Of a stretch of DNA of 59,957 nucleotides, positions 29,061-38,515 are shown piece by piece. Numbering within the stretch: position 1 is the first letter of the stretch; the number at the start of each line of letters is the position of its first letter. The DNA lies in NCBI GenBank assembly GCA_047621945.1, contig JBLHMK010000002.1, forward strand, positions 1 through 59,957, read 5' to 3'. The notes under the pieces are model-generated. The model was not told the origin of the DNA, made no database searches, and worked only from the letters and a program-made list of their open reading frames with translations. The translations under genes were made by a program, and so were the position numbers. The DNA comes from Flavobacteriaceae bacterium. Its GTDB lineage: Bacteria > Bacteroidota > Bacteroidia > Chitinophagales > UBA8649.

Positions 29061-31502
29061 ATGGCTAAAGCACGAAGAAAAAAGGAAGAAGAAGATCATG
29101 AGGAACCTTCCCTCAACTTAGGGAGTAAAAAACAATACAAGAAGATTGCAGGCTTAGTCCTTATTCTTTTCGCTTTGCTGTTTTTTATTTCCTTCATTTC
29201 ATACTTATTCACTTGGCACATCGACGAGGCCAGCGTGAGCAGTATGCTTGTTGATGAATTCAACAATGAAAGTACAAAGCTTAGCTATGCCAATGCATTA
29301 GGTAAGTTCGGGTTCAATGTCTCTGAAATCTTTGTAAAAAAATCCTTTGGTCTTAGCGCCTTGTTTATTAGTGTACTCCTTTTCGTTTATGGGGCAAACC
29401 TACTCTTTAGTAAGAAAATATTCAAATGGAAGAGAATCACTTATCACAGTATTTTTCTCATGTTTTTCTTTGCTGCTGTAAGTGAGTTTGTTAGATACCT
29501 ATTTTTTAAGAATGCCTTTTTTCATCCAGGAGGAAGCGTTGGTTATTATATAGCTGGAAGTAATGGGTGGTTGGTTAATAATTTAAAAAGCATTGGAACG
29601 GCTGCAGTTCTTGTAGCTATAGGTATTGCTTATTTGGTATTATCTTTTGATTTAGATTTCGATAAAATACTAACTCTATTCAAATCGAAGGACAGCCCAA
29701 TTGATTCAAATGAAGATGAGGGAGAAGTTGCTATTAGTATGGACGAATCCATATTTGAAAAAGACAAGCTAGAAAAACCTGAATCAACTATAGAAACCAA
29801 CATAAATACTCCTACTGAGCTGATCGAAGTTGAAGAAATAGGCTCTTTAGAGTTTGAGGTATCCGACAACGATAAGGAAGCCTTAAAACCAAAAAAGGCT
29901 GTCGAGAAAAAAGTCGAAGAAGAAGAATTAGAGCTCGCCATAACAGAAACTATTGAAGAGAAAACAGTTAGTACTGTAAAGAATGATGGCAACTATGACC
30001 CCACCCTAGACTTGAGTAACTACAAATACCCTCCTCTTAGTATTTTGCAAGACCATGGTGGAGATAAAGTAAGTATAGATAAAGAAGAGCTTGAAAGAAA
30101 CAAAGATCAAATTGTAGAGACTTTAAAAAACTACAATATTGAAATTTCTAAGATTAAGGCAACAGTTGGCCCAACCGTTACACTTTATGAAATCATTCCT
30201 GCACCAGGGGTTAGAATTTCTAAGATTAAAAATCTAGAAGATGATATTGCCCTAAGTTTAGCGGCGTTAGGGATTCGAATAATCGCGCCTATTCCAGGGA
30301 AAGGGACGGTAGGAATAGAAGTGCCAAATGCCAAGAAAGAAACGGTATCCATGAAATCTATGCTAGCCTCAGAAAAGTTTAGTAATACTAAATTCGATTT
30401 ACCCATAGCTCTTGGTAAAAATATTGCCAATGAAATTTTCATAGCCGACTTAACTAAAATGCCTCACCTGTTAATGGCTGGAGCAACGGGTCAAGGTAAA
30501 TCCGTTGGGATTAATGCCATTCTGTGTTCACTTCTCTATAAGAAGCATCCTTCTCAATTGAAGTTTGTCCTAGTTGATCCTAAGAAAGTCGAGTTATCTA
30601 TTTATAATGCCATTGAAAAGCATTTTCTTGCCATTCTACCAGGAGAAGAAGAAGCTATTATCACAGACGTGCAAAAAGTAGTTGCTACCTTGAATGCTTT
30701 ATGTATTGAAATGGATGACAGATATAATCTATTGAAAGATGGTAAGGCAAGAAATTTAAAAGAATATAATCAGAAATTCATTCAACGGAAATTAAATCCG
30801 AATAATGGACACAAATTTTTACCCTACATTGTTTTGGTCATTGATGAGTTTGCTGATCTTATTATGACGGCTGGAAAGGAAGTTGAAACACCAATCGCTC
30901 GTTTAGCGCAGTTAGCAAGAGCCATTGGAATACATTTAGTATTAGCTACTCAGCGTCCATCAGTGAACATCATTACAGGAGTAATCAAAGCCAATTTCCC
31001 AGCAAGAATATCTTTCAAGGTATCATCCAAAATTGATTCTCGAACAATTTTAGATGCAGGTGGTGCAGACCAATTGATAGGTAGAGGAGATATGCTATTC
31101 TCACAGGGAAGTGACATGGTTAGATTACAATGTGCATTCATAGATACGCCAGAAGTTGAAGAGCTAGTAGATTTCATTAGTGCGCAACAAGGTTACCCAA
31201 CGGTATTCGAATTACCTGAATTTATTGATCCAAGTACAGAATCACAAGATAGGGGGAGTTTTGATGCAGATGAAAAAGATGCCTTATTCGAAGAAGCAGC
31301 CCGTGTTATCGTAAACAATCAGGTAGGAAGCACCTCTATGATTCAACGAAGACTGAAATTAGGTTATAACCGAGCAGGTCGAATAATGGATCAATTAGAA
31401 GCTGCTGGAATAGTTGGTCCGAATCTAGGAAGCAAACCTCGTGATGTTTATTGTAAGTCAGAAGCAGAATTGGAACAGTATTTGAATACTAACAAGCTAT
31501 AA
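29061..31502 (+). CDS. ftsK: DNA translocase FtsK
   Basis: 813 aa with N-terminal TM helices, an acidic linker, a motor domain with Walker A GATGQGKS, and a gamma domain (GSTSMIQRRLKLGYNRAGRIMDQLE). Confidence 0.95.
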   Translation: MAKARRKKEEEDHEEPSLNLGSKKQYKKIAGLVLILFALLFFISFISYLFTWHIDEASVSSMLVDEFNNESTKLSYANALGKFGFNVSEIFVKKSFGLSALFISVLLFVYGANLLFSKKIFKWKRITYHSIFLMFFFAAVSEFVRYLFFKNAFFHPGGSVGYYIAGSNGWLVNNLKSIGTAAVLVAIGIAYLVLSFDLDFDKILTLFKSKDSPIDSNEDEGEVAISMDESIFEKDKLEKPESTIETNINTPTELIEVEEIGSLEFEVSDNDKEALKPKKAVEKKVEEEELELAITETIEEKTVSTVKNDGNYDPTLDLSNYKYPPLSILQDHGGDKVSIDKEELERNKDQIVETLKNYNIEISKIKATVGPTVTLYEIIPAPGVRISKIKNLEDDIALSLAALGIRIIAPIPGKGTVGIEVPNAKKETVSMKSMLASEKFSNTKFDLPIALGKNIANEIFIADLTKMPHLLMAGATGQGKSVGINAILCSLLYKKHPSQLKFVLVDPKKVELSIYNAIEKHFLAILPGEEEAIITDVQKVVATLNALCIEMDDRYNLLKDGKARNLKEYNQKFIQRKLNPNNGHKFLPYIVLVIDEFADLIMTAGKEVETPIARLAQLARAIGIHLVLATQRPSVNIITGVIKANFPARISFKVSSKIDSRTILDAGGADQLIGRGDMLFSQGSDMVRLQCAFIDTPEVEELVDFISAQQGYPTVFELPEFIDPSTESQDRGSFDADEKDALFEEAARVIVNNQVGSTSMIQRRLKLGYNRAGRIMDQLEAAGIVGPNLGSKPRDVYCKSEAELEQYLNTNKL

Positions 31503-31511
31503 TCGAAAAAC

Positions 31512-32168
31512 ATGAAAATTTTAAAGCCGATCACCATTTTATTGCTTCTATTTAGTTTTGCATTTGCACAAGACAATGCACTGGATGCGGAAGCAGATGC
31601 CATATTAAAAGCAGTCTCAGAGAAGTATTCAAAATACGCATCAGCAAAGATGGATTTGAAATTGACTATTGACTTGCCTGAAAATGAAGAAAACCAAGTT
31701 GCTGATGTAAAAGCATGGTTTAAAGGCGATATGTTCAAAGTAGATTTAAAAGATCAAATGTTCGTTTCAGATAATGTTACAATCTGGAATTACTTGAAAG
31801 AGTATAACGAAGTTCAAATCAACGACTACGAAGAGGATGAAGCCATGTTTTCTCCATCTATGCTGTTTAATCTTTACACCAAGGATTACATTTATCGATT
31901 AAAAGAAGAATACAAGAATTCAGCAGGCAAACTTATCAAAGTAATTGAATTAACTCCGGTCAACAAAGATCAGAATTTCTTTAAGATTGACTTGAAGGTA
32001 GATCCTTCATCGAACACTATTGTTGAGTCAAAAATATATGAGCGGTCAGGAATGAGATATACCTATCTAATCAAGTCTTTTACTCCTAACATCACTTTAG
32101 AGGATAAGTTCTTTAGCTTTGACCCAAAGGATTATCCAGAGATTGATGTAACAGATGCGAGGTTTTAA
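31512..32168 (+). CDS. LolA-like outer-membrane lipoprotein carrier protein
   Basis: 218 aa with a signal peptide ending AFAQ. It has the conserved position right after ftsK in Bacteroidota, and its size and beta-rich character fit LolA-like proteins. Confidence 0.65.
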   Translation: MKILKPITILLLLFSFAFAQDNALDAEADAILKAVSEKYSKYASAKMDLKLTIDLPENEENQVADVKAWFKGDMFKVDLKDQMFVSDNVTIWNYLKEYNEVQINDYEEDEAMFSPSMLFNLYTKDYIYRLKEEYKNSAGKLIKVIELTPVNKDQNFFKIDLKVDPSSNTIVESKIYERSGMRYTYLIKSFTPNITLEDKFFSFDPKDYPEIDVTDARF

Positions 32169-32209
32169 CAACAAGTAAGCTGTACTTCCTTGTTACTTAA
32201 GCAATATTC

Positions 32210-33754
32210 TTACAAAGGAATATTGCCATGCTTCTTTTTAGGTAAGTTTTTCACCTTGTTCTCCAGCATTTTAAAGCCTTTGATCAATTTGAGTCGAGTA
32301 GATTCCGGCTTTATTACTTCATCGATAAATCCTCTTGCTGCTGCTCTATAAGGATTAGCAAATTTCTCTGTATACTCGTCTGTTTTTTCTTGAAGCTTAG
32401 CTTCTTTGTCATCCGCAGCTGCAATTTCCTTTCTGAAAATTATTTCCGATGCACCTTTTGCTCCCATCACGGCAATTTCAGCACTAGGCCATGCAAAATT
32501 CAAATCAGCACCAATATGTTTACTACTCATTACATCATAAGCTCCACCGTATGCCTTTCTAGTAATCACGGTAATTTTCGGTACAGTTGCTTCAGCAAAA
32601 GCATAAAGTAATTTAGCTCCATTGGTAATGATACCATTCCACTCTTGATCCGTGCCAGGCAAAAATCCAGGTACATCCACTAAAGTGAGTATAGGAATAT
32701 TAAAGCTGTCACAGAAACGAACGAAACGAGCACCTTTCTTACTAGATTCAATATCTAAAACTCCTGCAAGAACAGCTGGCTGATTCGCCACAATACCCAC
32801 ACTTCGACCAGCGATTAAAGCAAACCCTACGACTATATTCTCCGCATAATTTTTATGCACTTCAAAAAAGCTACCAACATCCGCTAACTCCTGAATGACT
32901 TCACGCATATCATAAGGTTGTTGCGCGTTCTCTGGAATTAAAGTGTTCAGTTTAGCTCTTAACTCATCTTCTTGCATTTCATAAGGATAAACTGGTGCAT
33001 CTTCTTCACAATTTTGAGGTACATACTTCAATAAAGTTTTAAGGTATTCGATACACTCCATTTCATTTGCACAAGAGAAATGAGTAACACCGGATTTTGT
33101 ACTGTGAGCAGAAGCTCCACCTAAATCTTCACTTGTAACTTCTTCATGTGTAACCGTTTTAACCACGTTTGGACCGGTAACAAACATGTAAGAGGTATTC
33201 TCCACCATCATTATGAAATCAGTGATAGCTGGCGAATAAACTGCCCCGCCTGCGCAAGGTCCCATGATAGCCGAAATTTGAGGAATAACTCCAGAAGCAA
33301 TTGTATTGCGATAAAAAATATCAGCATACCCCCCTAAAGAAACCACGCCTTCTTGAATACGAGCGCCTCCACTATCATTTAATCCAATTATTGGTGCGCC
33401 ATTTTCCATGGCTAAGTCCATAAGCTTACATATCTTTTCAGCATGTGTTTCACTAAGCGATCCACCGAAAACTGTAAAATCTTGAGAAAAAACATAGACC
33501 ATGCGACCATGTATAGTTCCGTATCCAGTAACTACGCCATCGCTATAAAATTTTTGCTTATCCAATCCGAAGTCCGTAGCTCTGTGCGTCACTAACATCC
33601 CAATTTCTTCGAAGCTTCCTTCGTCTAATAAGAAATGGATTCGTTCTCTTGCAGTCAGCTTTCCTTGCTTATGTTGTTTTGCTATACGTTCTTGACCACC
33701 ACCTAACTGGGCCAACTTCCTTTTTTCATTCAGTACCTCAAACTTATCTTGCAT
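32210..33754 (-). CDS. acyl-CoA carboxylase carboxyltransferase (beta) subunit (propionyl-CoA / methylmalonyl-CoA type)
   Basis: Contains [39 protein letters not shown]...[13 protein letters not shown]...[11 protein letters not shown], all carboxyltransferase hallmarks. The ATG at 33754 is preferred over the TTG at 33778. Confidence 0.9.
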   Translation of the reverse strand: MQDKFEVLNEKRKLAQLGGGQERIAKQHKQGKLTARERIHFLLDEGSFEEIGMLVTHRATDFGLDKQKFYSDGVVTGYGTIHGRMVYVFSQDFTVFGGSLSETHAEKICKLMDLAMENGAPIIGLNDSGGARIQEGVVSLGGYADIFYRNTIASGVIPQISAIMGPCAGGAVYSPAITDFIMMVENTSYMFVTGPNVVKTVTHEEVTSEDLGGASAHSTKSGVTHFSCANEMECIEYLKTLLKYVPQNCEEDAPVYPYEMQEDELRAKLNTLIPENAQQPYDMREVIQELADVGSFFEVHKNYAENIVVGFALIAGRSVGIVANQPAVLAGVLDIESSKKGARFVRFCDSFNIPILTLVDVPGFLPGTDQEWNGIITNGAKLLYAFAEATVPKITVITRKAYGGAYDVMSSKHIGADLNFAWPSAEIAVMGAKGASEIIFRKEIAAADDKEAKLQEKTDEYTEKFANPYRAAARGFIDEVIKPESTRLKLIKGFKMLENKVKNLPKKKHGNIPL

Positions 33755-33947
33755 ATTCGTATTTTTCTGGAGCAACAAAAATAGTAAACCATTTTATAAA
33801 AAGAGAGAAAAGCTTTGGTACGATTCTTATTTCCCTGGTGATGTATTATGATTTATTGTTGAAAACTTATTATTTGTAAGTTTAAAACCCTAAATTAGAA
33901 GTACTATTTTTGTTTAAATTATTAACCCAAATTAAATCTAAGTCAAG

Positions 33948-34283
33948 ATGAGTAAAAGAGATGAATTAATCGCAAAATACGCTAAGCAATTGAAAGATGC
34001 TGGTATAAGTGTTGACATGGACTTGTTAACCAAAGTAACAATTGGTTTAGGACCCTCTATTTACAAAGCGGATGCTGAGACAGTATCAGGTACAGATGCT
34101 TCAGAATTATCAACTGTTAAGAACAACTATTTAATGAAAAAATTAGGTCTTGCAGATAGCCCGAAATTAGATACAGCGATTAATAAAGTTTTAGATACTT
34201 TAGGTAAATCAAACAGAAATAAATACAGAGCATGTTTTTACTACTTGCTTTGTAAAGAATTCGGTAAAGAGTCTATCTATTAG
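33948..34283 (+). CDS. DUF2853 family protein
   Basis: 111 aa. MSKRDELIAKYAKQLKDAGISVDMDLLTKVTIGLGPSIYKADAETVSG... matches my memory of DUF2853 proteins. Confidence 0.7.
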   Translation: MSKRDELIAKYAKQLKDAGISVDMDLLTKVTIGLGPSIYKADAETVSGTDASELSTVKNNYLMKKLGLADSPKLDTAINKVLDTLGKSNRNKYRACFYYLLCKEFGKESIY

Positions 34284-34301
34284 TAGATTTTTTTCAACTA
34301 T

Positions 34302-34331
34302 AAAAACCCTCGATTTACTCGGGGGTTTTTT
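34302..34331 (+). terminator. rho-independent terminator after the DUF2853 gene
   Basis: AAAAACCCTCGA-tttac-TCGGGGGTTTTTT, a 7-bp stem including one G-U pair, followed by a T-run. Confidence 0.7.
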
Positions 34332-34665
34332 CATGTTCTTTACTCCCTAAAAACTCCATTAATAGATTAGACTCTTCTAAAAAAAGAATCAATAAACTTC
34401 GATTCATTTTTGTTTGATATTGCAGTAATACTATTTCATTAATCAATCGACCTAATTTTTTTCTAGAATTAGCAAGAACCTCTTCTTTGTCAAATAGATT
34501 CTCCTCGCCTATTTTTTTAAGACAAAGTAATGCAGTAAAATGAAAGTTAGAAATCTGATCTAACCGACACACCTCAAATTCCAAAGTAATATTATGATAA
34601 AGGTTGAAATAACTATTTGAAAAATTTCGAATCAAATATTTAAATTTACTATATTTCGAGTTCAT
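34315..34665 (-). CDS. hypothetical protein (weakly supported orphan ORF)
   Basis: 116-aa ORF in an otherwise non-coding 570-nt gap. It looks helical, with no recognisable motif. Its 3' end overlaps the terminator hairpin of the convergent gene. Confidence 0.3.
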   Translation of the reverse strand: MNSKYSKFKYLIRNFSNSYFNLYHNITLEFEVCRLDQISNFHFTALLCLKKIGEENLFDKEEVLANSRKKLGRLINEIVLLQYQTKMNRSLLILFLEESNLLMEFLGSKEHEKTPE

Positions 34666-34817
34666 ACTATTGTTTTAGTCTGCGACTAATTTGAATCTAT
34701 TCTTCAGACTTCTTTAATCGACTTGTCGAAAACATCTTGTTTGTGACAATTAAATGACACAAATTGATGGTTTTGAAAAAAAAATAAAAGATTATTTAGA
34801 ATTAGTCTAATTTAAAT

Positions 34818-34825
34818 TAACTTTG
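34818..34825 (+). promoter_or_regulatory. candidate -7 promoter box (TAACTTTG) for the DUF4856-imelysin-HTTM-TBDR cluster
   Basis: An exact TAnnTTTG match that ends 27 nt upstream of the ATG at 34853. This also argues against the track's TTG start at 34823. Confidence 0.45.
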
Positions 34826-34852
34826 AGCCATTGTAAATTAAAACTCAAAAAA

Positions 34853-35998
34853 ATGAACAACAAAAATCAATACTTATTATTAGCTCTTGCTATAGTTTTC
34901 ACTTTCTCATCATGCGAAAAAGAGGATGATAACCCAGAAATCCCATCTACTTACAGCTTTGATAACGTAAGTTATGGTGGTCAAACTGCTCGCTTAGATA
35001 TGTTAGCTGAAATGACCGCTGAGTTAAAAAAATCCAACGCTGGAACCATGGTTGATGCCACTACTTTACTAAATATGTTTGCTAACGAAAATAATCCCTT
35101 TTCTGAAACTACTTTAAATGAGTCTGGTAAAGATTTAAAAAGCAAATGTTTTTCAGCAGGTGGAGGTGCATATAGCGCAAGTACTTTCGAATACCTAATA
35201 AACTATATGAGTGGCATTAGCAGTCAAGCTGGAAACGCTTGGGCTCCAGGTAGCGCCGGTGTGGCAACTAGTGGTTCTAAAGCGTACTTTTTTGATGAGT
35301 ATGGTGTGGAGTACACACAGATTATTGAGAAAGGATTAATGGGTGCAGTATTCTATTACCAAGCCGCAGAAGTTTATACTAGACCAGGGAAAATTGGTGA
35401 TGCTGTTGACAATGAAACAGTAATCCCAGGTGAGGGTACCGATATGGAGCATCATTGGGATGAAGCTTTTGGGTTCTTCGGGATACCCACAGATTTGACA
35501 ATTGCAAACTTTGAAGCAAAATTAACAAATGGTGAAGTTAGATATCATGGTAAATATGCTGGTGTTGGACAAGATGCAGGCCTAAATACTGTTCAAAAAG
35601 TTTTAGATCAAATGATTAAGGGACGATATGGTATTTCTAACATAGACTATACTTTAAGGGATGAAGCTGCGGCTCAATTAAGAGCAGAATGGGAAATGGT
35701 TTTAGCCACTGCAGCTATCCATTACTTAAACAGTGCTCAAAGTAATTTTGCAGAGGATGCTTTGAGAAATCATGCTTTGTCTGAGGCATATGCTTTTATT
35801 ATTTCTCTCAACTACAATAGTGACAAATTAATCTCTAGTTCAGAAATTGCGAGTGTAACAGCTTACTTCCAGGAGGTTCCGATAGGTGCACCAAACCCTG
35901 TTCCTAGTTTCATTAATGTAACTAATCAAGATTTAACAGACGCGAAAAGCATCCTAAGCTCAATTTATGGGTTAGACGCTGTAAAAGATGTTTTATAA
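34853..35998 (+). CDS. DUF4856-like lipoprotein (imelysin-fold-like, HxxE motif)
   Basis: Starts MNNKNQYLLLALAIVFTFSSC (lipobox). MEHHWDEAFGFFG is encoded at about 35450..35464. It is the first gene of a cluster with imelysin, HTTM and a TonB receptor. Confidence 0.7.
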   Translation: MNNKNQYLLLALAIVFTFSSCEKEDDNPEIPSTYSFDNVSYGGQTARLDMLAEMTAELKKSNAGTMVDATTLLNMFANENNPFSETTLNESGKDLKSKCFSAGGGAYSASTFEYLINYMSGISSQAGNAWAPGSAGVATSGSKAYFFDEYGVEYTQIIEKGLMGAVFYYQAAEVYTRPGKIGDAVDNETVIPGEGTDMEHHWDEAFGFFGIPTDLTIANFEAKLTNGEVRYHGKYAGVGQDAGLNTVQKVLDQMIKGRYGISNIDYTLRDEAAAQLRAEWEMVLATAAIHYLNSAQSNFAEDALRNHALSEAYAFIISLNYNSDKLISSSEIASVTAYFQEVPIGAPNPVPSFINVTNQDLTDAKSILSSIYGLDAVKDVL

Positions 35999-36017
35999 AA
36001 TAAGATAATACCCTTTA

Positions 36018-36060
36018 CTAAAACATAAGAAGGCAAAACCCTTCTTATGTTTTAGTTTTA
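36018..36060 (+). terminator. strong intrinsic terminator/attenuator hairpin between the DUF4856 and imelysin genes
   Basis: CTAAAACATAAGAAGG-caaaac-CCTTCTTATGTTTTAG. This is a perfect 16-bp stem followed by TTTTA. Confidence 0.75.
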
Positions 36061-36093
36061 ATAGACTTATTAATTGCCCATTAATTTTTTCCG

Positions 36094-37185
36094 ATGACTT
36101 ACAAAAATGTACTTTGCCTACTCCTTTTAATTTTCACTTTAAATGCCTGCGATAGAGATCTTATTGATGATGTAAATTTTGATAGAACTGCTATGCTAAA
36201 TAACTATGCTGAGAATATTATCGAGCCTCGTTATGAGCGCTTAGCGATAAATTCAAATGACTTAGTTTCACTAGCATCAGATTTCCAAGCTAATACTAAC
36301 TTAATTACTCTAGAAGAATTGAGGGCGCAATTTAAAAATACATACTTAGCTTGGCAAGGATGCTCAAGTACTGAATTCGGACCTGCTAGGACATCAACGT
36401 TAAAAGCAATTTTTAACACTTACCCCGTGGATACGACACAAATCAATAATAATATTAATTCTGGAGTATATAGTTTAGGTACTGCTCAAAATATAGCAGC
36501 CATTGGATTACCAACAATAGATTATTTACTTTATGGCATTAAAGGAACTGATGCAGAAATCCTTATTGCACTTTCTACGCCTGCTACCTTGAATTATTTA
36601 ATAGATGTTTGTGGTCAAATGAATACAGCTGCTCAGCAAGTAAATACTGAATGGAGTGGTGCTTATGCAACAACATTTATTAATGCTAACGGAACAGATC
36701 TAGGAAGTTCATTGGGATTATTGGTTAATGAAATGAACTTAGATTTTGAAAGATTCATTAGAGATGGTAAGGTAGGTATCCCTTTAGGCAAAAGAAGTTT
36801 GGGCAATCCTCAATTGGATAAATTAGAAGCCGTGCATGCCAAGTACTCACTGGAATTACTCCAAGAGAGTATTTTAAAATTGGAAGATCTCTATACAGGT
36901 ACTTCTTCAAATGGTGTAAATGGTATTGGATTTGATGACTACTTAGATGCAGTTAATGCTAGTCACTCAGGTCAAAATTTAAATTCGGTTATTACTCAAC
37001 AATTTGACGATATTAATGGTACTATAAACACGCTAAATGCAGACCTGGAAATCTCCATTCAAAACAATCAGAACCAAGTAGATGAAGTCTATAATAAGTT
37101 GCAACAAATGATTGTTTACTTGAAGGTAGATTTAGCGAGTAATCTAGGAATTTTAATTAGTTACCAAGATAATGACGGGGACTAA
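36094..37185 (+). CDS. imelysin family (peptidase M75-like) lipoprotein
   Basis: 363 aa with lipobox TLNAC. It is helical and its size and context fit imelysin-like proteins (ANYAENIIEPRYERLA..., TYLAWQGCSSTEFGPA). I found no HxxE motif in it. Confidence 0.65.
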   Translation: MTYKNVLCLLLLIFTLNACDRDLIDDVNFDRTAMLNNYAENIIEPRYERLAINSNDLVSLASDFQANTNLITLEELRAQFKNTYLAWQGCSSTEFGPARTSTLKAIFNTYPVDTTQINNNINSGVYSLGTAQNIAAIGLPTIDYLLYGIKGTDAEILIALSTPATLNYLIDVCGQMNTAAQQVNTEWSGAYATTFINANGTDLGSSLGLLVNEMNLDFERFIRDGKVGIPLGKRSLGNPQLDKLEAVHAKYSLELLQESILKLEDLYTGTSSNGVNGIGFDDYLDAVNASHSGQNLNSVITQQFDDINGTINTLNADLEISIQNNQNQVDEVYNKLQQMIVYLKVDLASNLGILISYQDNDGD

Positions 37186-38515
37186 TTCAATATCGATATT
37201 CAAAAAAGCATATAAATACCTATTCCTAAATTCCGTTGGGATAGCACCTCTTGCAACTTTCAGAATTGCATTTGGCATCCTTATGCTCATTAGTACTATA
37301 CGCTTCTGGTATATGGGTTGGATAGAACAACTTTATTGCAATCCAACTTTCTTTTTCAAATATTATGGATTCCACTGGATTCCAGCGCCATCCGAGACGG
37401 CAATCTATGCCGTGTTTATTCTACTCATTCTTAGCTGTATTTGTATAAGTTTAGGTTTATTCTATCGGTTTAGTATTCTCACTTTTTTTCTTCTTTTTAC
37501 TTACACAGAATTGATAGATGCCTCTAATTATCTTAATCACTACTACTTTATATCTATTATTGCTTTTCTACTCATTTTCTTACCCGCCAATAAATACTTC
37601 GCTTTAGATAACTTCATTTTAAATAACAGGCAAGATAAGGTCGCTGCTTGGCAGATTAATATTATTAAACTCCAGCTAGGTATCCTCTATTTCTATGCAG
37701 GTTTAGCTAAACTCAATAGCACATGGCTTTTTGAAGCGCTTCCCCTAAAGATATGGTTGCCCTCCAAAGTTCACCTTCCAGTAATAGGACAATGGCTAAG
37801 TTATAACGCCACCGCATATTTATTCTCTTGGGGTGGTGCGCTCTTCGATTTAAGCATCTTCTTTTTGTTGATATACCAAGGGACAAGAGTATATGCATAC
37901 GGAATGGTCATCGTATTTCATTTATTGACTTGGTATTTATTCCCTATTGGAATGTTTTCTTTCGTAATGATCGCTAGTACGCTAATTTTCTTTTCCGAAA
38001 ATAGTCATAGAAAGATATATGAGTTCGTTTCAGCTACTGCTGCAATTCCTCAAACCCCATCCCATTTCAAGCTAAATAAATTCAGCCTAGTTACACTTAC
38101 TTTTTACATCTCCTTTCAGCTATTGTTTCCATTTAGACATGTACTTTATACCGATAATTTATTTTGGACAGAGCAAGGTTATCGTTTTTCTTGGAGAGTC
38201 ATGCTTATGGAAAAAGTTGGATATGCAACATTTACGGTAAAAGATCGCACTGGAAAAATAGAATTAGTGGACAATTCGATTTACCTCTCTCCTTTCCAAG
38301 AAAAAATGATGAGTACCCAAGCCGATTTCATCATACAATATGCCAATTTCCTCAAAACTGAATATGAACAAAAAGGGTTTAAAATCCCTGAAATTTATGC
38401 AGATATTTTTGTGAGTTTAAATGGTGCGGGAAGTCGCAGGTTTATTCACCCAGCTGTTGATTTAGCTAATTTAAAAGATACCTTTGCACCGAAAAAATTT
38501 ATCCTTCCTTTTTAA
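37172..38515 (+). CDS. HTTM domain-containing membrane protein (vitamin K-dependent gamma-carboxylase-like N-terminal domain)
   Basis: 447 aa, polytopic. LATFRIAFGILMLISTIRFW...GWI is the typical HTTM opening. It overlaps the imelysin gene by 14 nt. Confidence 0.7.
   Translation: MTGTNSISIFKKAYKYLFLNSVGIAPLATFRIAFGILMLISTIRFWYMGWIEQLYCNPTFFFKYYGFHWIPAPSETAIYAVFILLILSCICISLGLFYRFSILTFFLLFTYTELIDASNYLNHYYFISIIAFLLIFLPANKYFALDNFILNNRQDKVAAWQINIIKLQLGILYFYAGLAKLNSTWLFEALPLKIWLPSKVHLPVIGQWLSYNATAYLFSWGGALFDLSIFFLLIYQGTRVYAYGMVIVFHLLTWYLFPIGMFSFVMIASTLIFFSENSHRKIYEFVSATAAIPQTPSHFKLNKFSLVTLTFYISFQLLFPFRHVLYTDNLFWTEQGYRFSWRVMLMEKVGYATFTVKDRTGKIELVDNSIYLSPFQEKMMSTQADFIIQYANFLKTEYEQKGFKIPEIYADIFVSLNGAGSRRFIHPAVDLANLKDTFAPKKFILPF

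Noticed and set aside
34780-34830. Fur box upstream of the imelysin/HTTM cluster (AAGATTATTTAGAATTAGTCTAATT)
   Set aside because: It is AT-rich but aligns poorly with the GATAATGATAATCATTATC consensus and shows no clear dyad symmetry. It cannot be distinguished from background AT-rich sequence.
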